From Savitreella phatthalungensis (lineage: Eukaryota), in contig AP039700.1 of NCBI GenBank assembly GCA_051599415.1, positions 310,001 to 374,000 on the forward strand: DNA of 64,000 bases, written 5' to 3'. The position numbers were made by a program, and so were the translations under genes. Under the pieces are notes generated by a model. That model was not told where the DNA came from and did not search any database. It was given only the letters and a program-made list of their open reading frames with translations. Positions 32,535-43,978 of the stretch are shown here, in pieces. The stretch's first letter is position 1, and each line of letters starts with the position of its first letter.

Positions 32535-34598
32535 TCATGCTGCGTGAGAAATAGCTTTATCGCCATTGCTGTGTGAGTGGCTGGGTGATGGGGTGTGAGT
32601 GGCGAGGGCTATTCGACAAATCCGCGGCAGTCGATCGATGAAGAATCGACCGACCTCGCCTCCTTGGGTCCGCACGCACGCAAACAGATCCACCGTTGCC
32701 TTGCGTGCCTCCACATCCTCATGCCACAACCCAGCCATCGCGACCTGCGTCAACCCACCACCGGACAACGGACACAGCGCCAGCAGGTGAGCAATCGCGT
32801 GGTGCTGTGTAGGTTGGGCAGGTGCGACTTGTGCGCTGATGGCGCGTAAGGATGCGGCGATTTCGGGGGACGGGAGATCACGAGCTGTGCGGAGTTTGTC
32901 GAGCTGGTAGGCAAGATCGATCAGGTTCGGTGCTCGTGATGAGGCGGCAATGTCGGCAGACAGGTCCGCGCAGAATGTGGCGTACGACTCGGAGGCCTGC
33001 CACGCGCACGCACGAGCCGCGTGCGAGACCAGCTCACGCTGCTTCGCAGGGTGCATGGATGGTGGCGTGAGTAAGCTGGCACGGGATGCGTCAGGTGGAG
33101 TCGAGGTGAAGTACCAGCCGAAGCCAGGGAGGACGTGCCGCGTGGCAGCTGCAGTGAGTGTCGTGGCAAGTTGTCCCAACTGACGGCGCGGGATGCAGCG
33201 CTCGTGCACAGCCAGCTCGTAGTGTGGCTGCATCCGTGTCATCCGGGTCACAAAGCTGTGCCATCGCAGGCGTACCTGTGTTTCTGTAGTACCACGATCC
33301 TGCATGATCATTGCCAGCACTGACTCGGCGAATGCGACGTCCGAGTGCTCGGTGGTCGAGTGTCCCAGTCGTGGAGAATCTCTGAGGAGTGGAGAGCCAA
33401 AGGGGTCAGAAGGCTGCTTGATCAAGGGCGAGATGGTGACTTGACCAGTATCAATATTGCAGAGCACATCCCACCACTGCGGATGGTGCTGAAAGATCCC
33501 GTTCGTGACGCCAGCGATGAAACCTGGGACGGTCAGTAAATCCTCGATCTTGCTCAGATCCGTGTACGGGAAGGCACGCTCAGTAAAGCCTCGCAAAACG
33601 CCTGTCCCACCACTTGCCATGACGCAAGCCGCTAGCACGTGCTCCGACACGATCCCACTTGGCCTGTCGTTGCCCATGAAAATGACACGTTTTGAGCTTA
33701 TCATGGCATTGAAGATGACCATGATGGCAGGGGTCGAGATGTCGCATGTGGTCAAGTGCGGATGCAGTGTTGTATTGCTGGGTAATCCACCGGAGAATAT
33801 TCGCATCAGCTCGATGACTGACGGGTCGCCGATCACCTCCGGCATGGTCGTCAGCGGCACCTTGATAGGTACTCGAGCCCCGTTGTACATCAAACTCGTT
33901 GCAAACTTGTCATGATCATGTCGAACTGTCGGCAGCGAGATGGCGATCGCTTGGTGAGGCGATGGTTGGAAAGAATGCTTGGTCCGAAATGAGTCAGCGT
34001 CCTTGGGCGAGGGTGGCACAGTCCGAACGTTCCCCAGGTCTTCGTTCTCACACTGCATGAGAACGAGCTTTTCCAGGTAGGACAGCTCTGGCATGGCTTC
34101 GAGGTCCATCGCATTGACTGAGGTGTAAAGTCGAGCAAGTGTGTCCGGCTCTGGTCTCCGGAAGTAATCCTCGAGGGCGAGCAGCAGTACCGGCTTGTAG
34201 ATGTGTACGAAAGGGTGTCGAGTGACGATGGCGAGCGCTCTGACTTGCGCACCGCGCTTGGCACCCTTGTCGTGCTTCGTGTTGACGAGATTAAGCACAT
34301 ACAGCAGGGAAGTGTCGAGCAGGTCCCGGGTCTCCTGCCCAGGATTTAGCCGGCGCTTGTGAATGGAGGTGTGGTGTGTCATGTTTTGACCCTCACTGGC
34401 AGACTGTCTGTGGAGAAAGAACACGGTCCAGTCCTGCTGACGCATATGGACTTTATCTGGCAGCATGAGTTCTGCAAGCATCTTGAGATCGCCAACAATC
34501 GGTTCGGGATACTGCTGGGTGACGGTCGGACCTCGATCGATGTCGAACTCTGCAACGAGAAGATAGTTGACATGAGGAGCCGAGCCTACTGAATTCAT
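32535..34598 (-). CDS. Afi1/MesA polarity protein (Afi1 + SPA domains)
   Basis: LVAEFDIDRGP..LAELMLPD..HMRQQDWTVFFL, RGAQVRALAI, FPYTDLSKIEDLL. Confidence 0.88.
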   Translation of the reverse strand: MNSVGSAPHVNYLLVAEFDIDRGPTVTQQYPEPIVGDLKMLAELMLPDKVHMRQQDWTVFFLHRQSASEGQNMTHHTSIHKRRLNPGQETRDLLDTSLLYVLNLVNTKHDKGAKRGAQVRALAIVTRHPFVHIYKPVLLLALEDYFRRPEPDTLARLYTSVNAMDLEAMPELSYLEKLVLMQCENEDLGNVRTVPPSPKDADSFRTKHSFQPSPHQAIAISLPTVRHDHDKFATSLMYNGARVPIKVPLTTMPEVIGDPSVIELMRIFSGGLPSNTTLHPHLTTCDISTPAIMVIFNAMISSKRVIFMGNDRPSGIVSEHVLAACVMASGGTGVLRGFTERAFPYTDLSKIEDLLTVPGFIAGVTNGIFQHHPQWWDVLCNIDTGQVTISPLIKQPSDPFGSPLLRDSPRLGHSTTEHSDVAFAESVLAMIMQDRGTTETQVRLRWHSFVTRMTRMQPHYELAVHERCIPRRQLGQLATTLTAAATRHVLPGFGWYFTSTPPDASRASLLTPPSMHPAKQRELVSHAARACAWQASESYATFCADLSADIAASSRAPNLIDLAYQLDKLRTARDLPSPEIAASLRAISAQVAPAQPTQHHAIAHLLALCPLSGGGLTQVAMAGLWHEDVEARKATVDLFACVRTQGGEVGRFFIDRLPRICRIALATHTPSPSHSHSNGDKAISHAA

Positions 34599-35352
34599 CC
34601 TCTCGCACGGTCACAACAATCTTTAAGTCTTGTCGCCTTCGCCTACCGATCACTCGGCGAGCTAGCGGCCATCCCAACACGGTCTAGCCTGAAGAATAAG
34701 AAAGCGTTGTCTGTCGATGCGACAAGGTGATTGAAGAGATGAGTTGTCGTCGCGATGAGTTCACCTGGCAGTTTGTGTTACAGGCTCGCGTGTCAGGCTG
34801 TATGAGGTCAACCTCGTGTATCCCATCACTGCGTGACGTTGCGGACCACACACACTCTCACTTAAGCAGGCGCGTGGTGGTCACGATACAAGGATGCATG
34901 GAAGCGCGTGATGACCGCGTTCGTCTTTTGTGATCGTACTCGTGCGCGTATCGCGAGCGTCCTCAGAGTCTCGAGCACAATCTTGAACACCTCCGCTGTA
35001 GCACACAGCGATAATGTTCCTCTCCAGCAGTCGACGTGAAGCACTCCAAGTGGGTAGAACAGACCAATTGAATGTGATGTCTGTACACCTTGATTTAAGG
35101 CTGCTTGACTCGATCGATCTCCTTCATCGATCGTGCATTTTCTTTGAACGATTGTTAGAACGAGTTTAAGCGGGAGACGGGTTGTAAATTGCACGTGAAC
35201 AGGCAGTCTTCAGACGCACTCTCTTCTTACACACTCTCCAACACGCATCTCTGGATAGCCTATAGCTTATTGTCTTTCACGTCCACAGATAGACTGAAGA
35301 AGAGGTAAAGGTTCAAGTGGTGCTGGGAAGCATGCTCAGATGATCGAGATTG

Positions 35353-37236
35353 ATGGTCGTCTGTAGGTACTTCCAGCAAGGCCGCTGCAACAAAGGTGCG
35401 CGCTGTACATTTGAACACCCAAGGCAGCAGGCGAATACACCGGGCGCAAGTAATGGCGGGAGTGCATTTGGAGGCTCTGCCTTTGGCTCAAGCCCCTCTC
35501 ACAGCGCGTCACAGACTTTGTTTGCGCAGGTCAATGCGAAGCCTGAGTCACCGATGACAAATACGGTATCGACGAAGCAGATCTCCGATGATCTCACGAT
35601 AGAGAAGCCAATATGGCCGTTCTCAAGCTATTGTCCAGCAAAGCACGGTATCTCATCCCTGATTACAGGCGCAGACCTGTCGCCTGACGAGGTTCGGGCA
35701 GCAGCGTACGAAGCAGCGGCCAGCAACACCCTTCCGCAGTTCGAGCAGCAGCTCAATGGAAAACTGGCAGAGATCAATGGTCAGATACAGCAGATCATGG
35801 GCAATCTCGGACAAGCTGTTAGAGATACGCAACAGAACAATTCTCGCGCAGCTTTCGACAGGTACATTGCTGGTCATTCCACAGGTCAGCAAAGCACAGG
35901 AACCCCGACATCTAGCTTTAATCAAGCTCGACCACCTACCGGATCAGCCTTCGGCGGTTCCTCAGCATTTGGACAGTCTTCTTCAGCCCCGAGTTCCACG
36001 ACAACGTCTCCATTTTTCAACAATGCGCAATCGGCTTTTGGTCAGCCCTCGGCGTTTGGCAAACCATCTGCTTTTGCAGCGAATGCCGGCTCCCCCAGCT
36101 CGGCAGGAGCGTTTGGGCAGACAGCTCCAGCTTCAGCATTCGGCAAACCTGCTGCCGGAGCATCAGTCTTCGGTCAGTCGACGCAACCTGCTTCAGCATT
36201 TGGACAATCGGCGTTCGGGCAGCCGTCGGCGGCTGGTTCCGCATTCGGGCAGACGAGTCTTCCGAGTAGCGCATTTGGCGGCGGTGGTGCTAGTGGTAGC
36301 GGTTCTGTGTTCGGCCAGACACCGTTCGGTCAGCAGCCTCAGACATCGGCATCAACCACTGCGACACCGCCTGCCGGCAGTGCCTTTGGTCAGAGCGCGT
36401 TTGGTGCCACTCCAACACAATCAGCCTTCGGACAGTCAAATGCTGTCGGCGGAAACGGAAGCGCTTTCGGTCAATCTCCAAGCGGAAACCCTTTCGGACA
36501 ATCCGTCCAGACAAGCAACGCGTTCGGTAGCACACCTGGCGCGAGCAGCGCATTTGGCAATCCTGCTGCTGGGCAGGGGGCGTTCGGACAGTCCAGCGCG
36601 TTTGGACAGTCCAATGCAGCACCTGCCACTACCGCGTTTGGACAGACAGCGACGTCGACCAATGGTACGGCCTTCGGTCAATCCCCCAGTCGACCAAACG
36701 GCGGTGCATTCGGTCAACCTCTGAATGGAAGCGGAAGCGCATTTGGACAGCAATTCGCTTCCCCAGGTGCTAGCGCCTTTGGGTCGACCGCTCCTACGAC
36801 CTCGTCCTCGCCTTTCGGCACAGCATCTGCACAGCCGACAGCAGGCGCGTTCGGCCAATCGAACGCCTCTGCCTTCGGTCCGAGCGCTTTCGGCTCGCAG
36901 CCGTCAAGTCAACCCACCAACAACGCGGGAGCGTTCGGCGGTAGTGGGTCGTTTGGCCACGGAGGTCTAGAAGCCGGTCTGATTGTGAAGACTCGTGGAT
37001 CACCCGGAGACCCCGCGATCGTGTCGGAGCTCGTCCGGCGGCTGATTGTCCCTCACCTGCGTGACGGTCTGCCATGTCCGTCCGCCGTCGCCGCAAGGCA
37101 GAAGAACCTGTGTCCAGACATCAAGACCTGGGACGACCTGCCCCCAAAAATCGCAGCAGACCTCCAAGCGCCCGAGTACATCCCTGGACAGGTCCCAACC
37201 GTCCCTCCACCGCTCGAAGCTGTGACGATGAGTTGA
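35353..37236 (+). CDS. AMO1: CCCH zinc finger FG-repeat nucleoporin (Amo1/Nup42-like)
   Basis: N-terminal CRYFQQGRCNKGARCTFEH; WPFSSY..DLSPDEVR; dozens of SAFG/AFGQ repeats; C-terminal GQVPTVPPP. Confidence 0.85.
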   Translation: MVVCRYFQQGRCNKGARCTFEHPRQQANTPGASNGGSAFGGSAFGSSPSHSASQTLFAQVNAKPESPMTNTVSTKQISDDLTIEKPIWPFSSYCPAKHGISSLITGADLSPDEVRAAAYEAAASNTLPQFEQQLNGKLAEINGQIQQIMGNLGQAVRDTQQNNSRAAFDRYIAGHSTGQQSTGTPTSSFNQARPPTGSAFGGSSAFGQSSSAPSSTTTSPFFNNAQSAFGQPSAFGKPSAFAANAGSPSSAGAFGQTAPASAFGKPAAGASVFGQSTQPASAFGQSAFGQPSAAGSAFGQTSLPSSAFGGGGASGSGSVFGQTPFGQQPQTSASTTATPPAGSAFGQSAFGATPTQSAFGQSNAVGGNGSAFGQSPSGNPFGQSVQTSNAFGSTPGASSAFGNPAAGQGAFGQSSAFGQSNAAPATTAFGQTATSTNGTAFGQSPSRPNGGAFGQPLNGSGSAFGQQFASPGASAFGSTAPTTSSSPFGTASAQPTAGAFGQSNASAFGPSAFGSQPSSQPTNNAGAFGGSGSFGHGGLEAGLIVKTRGSPGDPAIVSELVRRLIVPHLRDGLPCPSAVAARQKNLCPDIKTWDDLPPKIAADLQAPEYIPGQVPTVPPPLEAVTMS

Positions 37237-37485
37237 TGTGAGAGGAGACGAGTGATCTTATGGCCGTAGCTAATTTTGATGAAAGACATGTCCGCCCACG
37301 TATCCGTGTGCACGTAGTCGTGCATTCTGTTGAATTGTTGAGGCGTAACTCGTTTTCCAAATCCCAACTCCACACACGGTCGATCAATTTGCATTCGCGC
37401 AACGACGTCACACTCCAAAGCTCGAGACATCCATGCTTTGAAGGCACCCCTTCAGACCACCTCATCTGCTTACGCCCCCACAAAG

Positions 37486-38355
37486 ATGTCCTTCAAAGTC
37501 GCTAGCAAGATCAAGTCGTTCGGTGGGCTGATCTATAAGATCGAGCATGAGAGTGCGGTGCTGGGTGGACTGACGTCGAAGTTGAATTTGTTTGTGCCCG
37601 GCGGTGGTGGTGAGGGTGGGTTGGTGCCGGTGCTGTACTACCTGGGTGGGCTGACGTGCACTGGCGACAACGGGTTGGAGAAAGGCAATATCCTCGGAAG
37701 TGCATCATCGCATGGGATTGCAGTGGTGTTTCCAGATACTTCCCCGCGCGGCGCCGGTGCGCCCGGGGAAGACGACGGGTATGATTTCGGTACGGGAGCT
37801 GGGTTCTACGTGGACGCGACGACGGAAGGTTTCGCCAAGCACTACAACATGGAGACGTATGTGACAGAGGAGTTGCCGAAGCTGTTGAACGACAGGTTCA
37901 AGCTCGATCCCGAGAGGACCTCGATCTTTGGACATTCGATGGGTGGACATGGCGCACTCACGCTGTACCTCCGACACAGGGATCTCTACAGGAGTGTGTC
38001 TGCGTTTGCTCCTATCTGCAACCCGATGCAGTGTCCGTGGGGGCAGAAGGCGCTGAAGGGGTACTTTGGGGAGTCCTCGAAGGAGACGTGGGGGGATCAC
38101 GATGCTGTGGAGTTGATCAGGAAAGGGGTGAATGAGAAGAGCGAGGTTCACGGTCTGGTGGATTCCGGTACTGGCGATGATTTCTACAAGCAGGGGCAGC
38201 TGCTGCCTGAGAATTTGATTGAGGCCATCAAGGAGCAAGGGCTCGAGTCCCAGATTCAAGTCAGGTTGCAGGACGACTACGACCACTCGTACCCATCCAT
38301 CATCGCATCTTTCGCTCCGGAGCACGTCGCGTTCCACGCCAAGTATCTCACATAG
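37486..38355 (+). CDS. S-formylglutathione hydrolase (esterase D)
   Basis: GLTCT, PDTSPRG, DFGTGAGFY, GHSMGGHGAL, PWGQKA, YDHSY. Confidence 0.95.
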   Translation: MSFKVASKIKSFGGLIYKIEHESAVLGGLTSKLNLFVPGGGGEGGLVPVLYYLGGLTCTGDNGLEKGNILGSASSHGIAVVFPDTSPRGAGAPGEDDGYDFGTGAGFYVDATTEGFAKHYNMETYVTEELPKLLNDRFKLDPERTSIFGHSMGGHGALTLYLRHRDLYRSVSAFAPICNPMQCPWGQKALKGYFGESSKETWGDHDAVELIRKGVNEKSEVHGLVDSGTGDDFYKQGQLLPENLIEAIKEQGLESQIQVRLQDDYDHSYPSIIASFAPEHVAFHAKYLT

Positions 38356-38410
38356 CTCTCCTCCATATACGTATACAGTCTCTCCAGGCGATCTGCAGGT
38401 AATGTGAAGC

Positions 38411-39262
38411 TCAGCGTGATGGGATTGCAGGCTGTCCTGAGGTTGCATGGTCGTCGACGAGTGGTCCGATGAGACATGGTTCGAGGAGTGCGTGAGCGTT
38501 GACCCAGGCGTGGTACTTATCGAATAGTGAAGAGCAGTCTCTGCCGACAGCCAGCCGCAGCAGGATCGACCGGCCGCCAGGGTGGAAGTCCAAGTACGCC
38601 GCCAGATTATACACCCGCGCGTGCAGCCCCGTCAGCAGCGGTTCATCATCATCATCAACGTTGTCGTGGTTGTCGTCATCAGTGCTCGCGGTCGCGAGCG
38701 GCCGTGTGTTATCGTAGGCCATATCGGCATCGACGAGGGTCTCGTCATCGGTTGCGGTGGGGCGAGCTCTTGCGGCTAGAAGTCTTTTGGCTGGCGCTCT
38801 TGATTGGGCGAGTGCGGTTTTGGAGATCTTCACGTATGCTGGTGCTCCGGCCTTTGCGAGTGCAGACCCACGCAGTTTCGTCTGCGCGGACGAGGAGGGG
38901 TCGCGAGAGAGGCGAGCCCAATCGAGCGCGCTGTACCCAGGTCGTAAGGCGACTTTGGCTCGACCGGTGCCAACGCCTGCGATCCCGCTGCCTTGCTGAT
39001 CGGATCGTGATGGGAGGGCGGTAGTAGGTGGAGCGAGTGAGGAGGAAGGAGGAATGCGGCCTGGCACAGTGAGGCGCGCTGATGGGCCAAGAGAGGTAGA
39101 TGGTGGAGGAAGACGACCTGGAACACGGAGAGACGCTGGAGCGCTGAGGCTGACACTTGGGGGCGGCATCAGCGTGCTTGATGTGGATGATGGTAGCGTC
39201 GTCTGCGTCCCTCTGGTCTGACCCCCCCTGGCAGCATTGAGATTTCCAACACTCGTCGTCAT
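38411..39262 (-). CDS. Cytochrome b5-like heme-binding protein (Irc21-like)
   Basis: KVALRPGYSALDW, VYNLAAYLDFHPGG, FDKYHAWVN; Pro/Ser-rich N-terminus. Confidence 0.85.
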   Translation of the reverse strand: MTTSVGNLNAARGGQTRGTQTTLPSSTSSTLMPPPSVSLSAPASLRVPGRLPPPSTSLGPSARLTVPGRIPPSSSLAPPTTALPSRSDQQGSGIAGVGTGRAKVALRPGYSALDWARLSRDPSSSAQTKLRGSALAKAGAPAYVKISKTALAQSRAPAKRLLAARARPTATDDETLVDADMAYDNTRPLATASTDDDNHDNVDDDDEPLLTGLHARVYNLAAYLDFHPGGRSILLRLAVGRDCSSLFDKYHAWVNAHALLEPCLIGPLVDDHATSGQPAIPSR

Positions 39263-39485
39263 GCTAGTGTGTCAGCTTCTAGAGAGAAAAGGAGTAATTT
39301 TAGATTGCTTCATCAAAGACAAAACAAATAATCATGTGAAACGGCAGTCGAGCATGAGATCATAGTGAAGCATACGTATATACGTACGCATGAGAAGAAA
39401 TCCTTGAAAGTCATCATTACTGAGCTATGTAAGCTACGTGATCGGTGGAATTGTACAATTGAATAGGACGCCATTGTGCTGCCGT

Positions 39486-40025
39486 CTAGCAGACGAGGGC
39501 AGCTGCAAAGGCCAGTGCTCCTGCACCGATGGTGGCCAGGAGTGCTGGTCCGTGGATGGACTTTCCAGCAGCAGTGTTGGTCCGTGCGGAAGAAGAAGCT
39601 GCTGCGGCCGAGCTGACTCTCGAGGAAGAGGCACCTGCAGAAGAAGCTGCGACTGACGCAGAGGCAGAAGCACGTACTGCCTGGACGGAAGCCTGAGAGC
39701 TCGGGTTGACAGTGGATGCTCCAGCGAGAGCACCGGACGATGGTGCGACCGTGGCTGCGGATGTCACAGAGACCAGGGAAGCGGTACCGGTGGCTGCGGT
39801 GAGGACGCCATTCGTGCAACGGTACTTGGAAGCGTCGTAGCACAGGTTCTCACCACAAAGCTGCAGGGCGTTGCCGTTGACGATCGCACAGGCGTACTGA
39901 CCACCAGATGGCGTGCGGAAGCAGGTGAACTCTCCGGGTGTGTAGATCTGCGATCCGCAGGTGGTCTGCTGTTGTGCTGTGACTGTGCTTGCGAGGAGCG
40001 TTGTAAGAGCGAGGATGAACTGCAT
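39486..40025 (-). CDS. Secreted, probably GPI-anchored protein with a CBM52-like glucan-binding module
   Basis: Signal peptide; CGSQIYTPGEFTC..CG..CYDASKYRCTNGVL; Ser/Ala/Thr linker; hydrophobic C-terminal tail. Confidence 0.8.
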   Translation of the reverse strand: MQFILALTTLLASTVTAQQQTTCGSQIYTPGEFTCFRTPSGGQYACAIVNGNALQLCGENLCYDASKYRCTNGVLTAATGTASLVSVTSAATVAPSSGALAGASTVNPSSQASVQAVRASASASVAASSAGASSSRVSSAAAASSSARTNTAAGKSIHGPALLATIGAGALAFAAALVC

Positions 40026-41090
40026 GATTGTAGTAGTTCGAGAGTGAAGACGAGGTAGAAATTGAAGCGTAAAAGATGAAAGGTGAAGAGGTTGAAAAGT
40101 GAAAAGTTGTGAAAGCTGAAGATTGGATAAAGTGAAGATGAAAGGGGAAGAGTGATGGAGAGTGGAGAGTTAACGATGAGAATTGGCGGATTGGTGTGTT
40201 CTTTATACTGTTGACCGTTGACCGATGAGTGGAGTGTTTCTGGTGTTCACGATTGAAGCGGTTGTTCTACTTGGGGTCAATGCGAGCAGAGTAGATTGCT
40301 TTGATCAGGTCACGCCAGGTCAGGCTGAAGGAACACGCGTCTGTCGTGTTTTGAAGTGTTCTAGCTTGTGATAGATATCTCAGGCTGAAGATGAATGTTG
40401 TTAACGGTTTTCCAAGGGTTCAATCTGGTTGCACTTGTGACAGGAATAGAAGCCAGATGGAGCCGAATGTCATGTTTTGGCTTCGCTTGGTTTGATGTTG
40501 GTTGGGGTGCTGCGCGTTCCATGGCTTACGCTTGTCAGAATAGTTGGATACTTAAACCAGTGGAAAATCTATGTGGTCAATCATTCAAGGATCAGATTGT
40601 GATTGAACTCGATCGACTCCGCGTAGATTCGTGAATCTGATCCAGGATTTATTCACGCTGCAGGGTTTTGTATCTCTTCTGCGGCTTCCAGCCGTTACGA
40701 GAATTCCATATTGACCTCTTCTAGATTAGACCAGCATTCCAGCGATATTTCAGTCAATCGTCCGGAGTATAAGTCCGAACCGTTCTGCAGAGATTCCGTT
40801 GACCAATTCAAGTAAAGCAAGTCCAGACCAAGCTTGCCTGCCTGTATTGTGTCTGGTGAAAAAGGCGAGAAAAAGAAATCCTCTTGGTAACGTTTGAGTG
40901 TATTTTTGGAAGCAATTCCAATAGATCAACACTGTTCAATATACGTGATGAATCAGATCAATCATGTCCATCACAGTTGCAGCTCTTCTCTACGGGGTAA
41001 TATAGGTTGCAGGAACTCTCGTATGGTCACCACATCTTGTCGTTCTTGACATATACAATATCTTGCTTGCACATGGGTGAAAAAGTCACT

Positions 41091-41951
41091 TCACGCCTGC
41101 CGGCGCATCATATCGTCCACTTGCTTCTGTAGTTCTCCTAGTTCATCCGAAAGATCAAGCGTGCCTGACTTCACATTCGCATTCGCGTCCGTATCTCCTG
41201 GTGAATCTGTGGCGATTCTTGTGGATGGTGGTATGTCCTGGATCCCGTTCCCATGACTAGTCTCCACGTGAGTCAATGACGAGAGCTCGTGGTTTCCATT
41301 CGTGCCACGCATCTGGACGTTCGCATTGCTGGTGCCCACGAGTGAGCTTGCCCTGTGTGCACGTGGTGGAGGTGGTGCCGGTTTCGAGCTGGGGTTCCCT
41401 GGTGTTGGAGGAGCTGGTGCTTCTGAGAACTTCATTTCAGAGAGTCTGCTATCGAGTGGTCTGCCAGGTGATGGCCTACGAGCTGAGCTTCCTGTCACGG
41501 AACTCTGCTGTAACAGCGTGCTAGATCTACTGCGCGGTGGTGGAGGTCTGACTGATGGTTTTCCGGCGGCTGATGCCTGTGAAGCATTCTCGCCAATTCC
41601 ACGATTCATCTGTTCACCTTCCAACTCATCCAGCGCACGCATGTCTTCCTCCTCCAGCCGTTCTATGCTCCCTGTCTTTCGATGCCGAGCTGGTGTGCCA
41701 TTCTGTATGACGTGTGCTGTCGCTTGCTCTGAAGCGTCGGAAGCGCGACGGGATGAATTTCTCCTTGGAGGCGCCGATGGTGGAAGAGCACGGCTCTGAC
41801 TAGGAGGTTCCCCTGTTGTGCTATTTGTTGAGGTTGTGACTGCCGTGGAAAGGTCTCCGGTGAATGACGTCTTTGGCCGGGAAGAGATTGGATGAGGTTC
41901 TGCTGCCGCCGAAGTCGACTTTTTCCGGAATGGATTGTTTCCTGGTATCAT
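41091..41951 (-). CDS. Hypothetical Pro/Ser-rich protein
   Basis: 286-aa ATG ORF; NNPF near the N-terminus, PPPPR motifs, short C-terminal coiled coil. Confidence 0.7.
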   Translation of the reverse strand: MIPGNNPFRKKSTSAAAEPHPISSRPKTSFTGDLSTAVTTSTNSTTGEPPSQSRALPPSAPPRRNSSRRASDASEQATAHVIQNGTPARHRKTGSIERLEEEDMRALDELEGEQMNRGIGENASQASAAGKPSVRPPPPRSRSSTLLQQSSVTGSSARRPSPGRPLDSRLSEMKFSEAPAPPTPGNPSSKPAPPPPRAHRASSLVGTSNANVQMRGTNGNHELSSLTHVETSHGNGIQDIPPSTRIATDSPGDTDANANVKSGTLDLSDELGELQKQVDDMMRRQA

Positions 41952-43027
41952 GGCTGCCCCCGGGAATGTGAATGCTCCCCTGTGATGTGATTGGAACTGC
42001 TAGGATGTACGTCGCTGAGAGATGTATACAGATGTTATGAGTCTCTGTGGTGAGCCTCGCTGCTGACCTGACTTGAGCTGATGGGAGTGACGAATTCTAC
42101 CTGAAGCACCCAATGTCGATATGAATTTTGATCTGATGATATTGCTAGCAGATACCACTGAGATATATTCTGTATTTTGATCGGTGCACCTGCACATGCA
42201 CATGCACATCCTTAAGCACATGCACAAGCACATGCACATGCACAGTTTGAGTGGTGACTGAGAAAGTGATGTAGACATGAGAGTCTGCTATTGTTGAACT
42301 CATCTGCTATCATTCGAAGCAGTATTTCACTTGAATGGGACGAAGTGCTTACCTATCGATCGATGAGCTAGCTCCTACCCGTGATGTTGATGGAACACAA
42401 AGAGTTCCATCCGCGGCTTTCTCTGTCTCTTTCTCTTTCTGAAGGATATGAATAAGTGAGTGCAGCTAGTGGATCTTGTGGGTGAATGAATGTTTGTGTA
42501 CAATTGAATGAGAACGTTCGTTTGACGTATCCGCGTACGCATTTGAGGCTGATTTGATTCTTTGAAATGTGAATTCTGACGTGCTTGAATCTATTCACGC
42601 TGCCTCTACTCCCACTGCTACTACTACAGCTACTGCTACTGCTGCTCCTGCTGATCTAATTTATATGGCTCTCGATTGTGTATGATCTACACACGACATC
42701 ATACACGATTCATTCACATCCCTATAAGCCCAAAATTTCGGGATTTTGAACTCTTGCTCCGGGAATCCAGCAGATTCTGGCCGGAGCTGAGCCGGGCCAC
42801 ACGATTTTCCCGAAACCCTGAAATTTGTAACCACTTTTGGGCGGGAATCGGGACACGGGTTTTACTGTGGCTAGTGACCGGGGTTCGGCTTTTAAAACGT
42901 GGGATACCTGTTTCAGATTGAAATAATTGATTCTAGAATGCTATTGGACAGTGCTGCCTATACTTGAAACAGCCGAGTTGACATGACAAGGATGTCGATG
43001 TTGTTGATGTGGTCCTTGGCCTTTTGT

Positions 43028-43062
<35 letters not shown>
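43028..43062 (+). repeat. (CTGC)n microsatellite
   Basis: About 8-9 tetramer units. Confidence 0.9.
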
Positions 43063-43240
43063 ACTGTCTGTCTGCTTGTTTGATACAAAGTCTGCTGTGG
43101 TTAGTATGGCTGCTCTTTCGAGGTGAAAAGTGTATCATACCCGTAATGATGTGGGTGAGGTCCTGCTGTAGTGGTGTGTGTAGATTCTACTTTCTTTGTC
43201 AGTCCTGGTCTGTGAAAAGAGCTTTGTCTTACATCGGATT

Positions 43241-43282
43241 TGCTGTTGCTGCTGTTGCTGCTGTTGCTGCTGTTGCTGCTGT
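43241..43282 (+). repeat. (TGCTGTTGC)n-like GCT/GTT microsatellite
   Basis: Direct inspection. Confidence 0.85.
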
Positions 43283-43978
43283 CAGTGTCAGTCTCTTGAT
43301 TGACTAAGGGAGAGTGCAGACCAGTATTCCAGTGAGTACCAGATGGTCACAGGTAGAGACAGCCTCTTTGATATACAACAGCAGTCCTCAATTGAGACCT
43401 ACTGTAGAATAACAAAGATACTGACAATGCCTGGTGTACAGTGTGTTGGTGTTCTGATGACGCGTTTCAGGTAGAATGTGTGTGTGGGGGCTACTGCACT
43501 TTCTCTGTCTGTCTGTAGTGGAGATCTTCGTGTTTCAACTTAGCAAAATTCATTCAAAAGTTTTGGACTTAGCAAAATTTGTTCAAACTTGGCATTTGCA
43601 CAGATGGAATCCCGAATCCTGTTTCGAGACAGCAAAATCCCGGCAGAAAATCCCGATCTAAGGATTCTAATTCCCGGTTCCCAACTTACTAAAACAATTC
43701 ATTTTACTAAAACAATTCATTAAAAATTTCCCGATGTGAAATTCGACAAAATCCCGATCTGATTTCGACGTTGCTGTGAGGGATTCAACCTCCTCCATAG
43801 TAAAATCCCGATTTCAAGGTTTCATAGGGATATCAGAAGCCAATAGCTGATAGCTGTCATTTGATCTGGTAAGCAATCTACGTGACATCGTCCCCACACA
43901 CTCCCCCGTCCTTCAAATCCTTCCTCTCCGAGCTAAGCTGGACTGCTATCACTTGATCATCTATTCAAGACCGACAGA

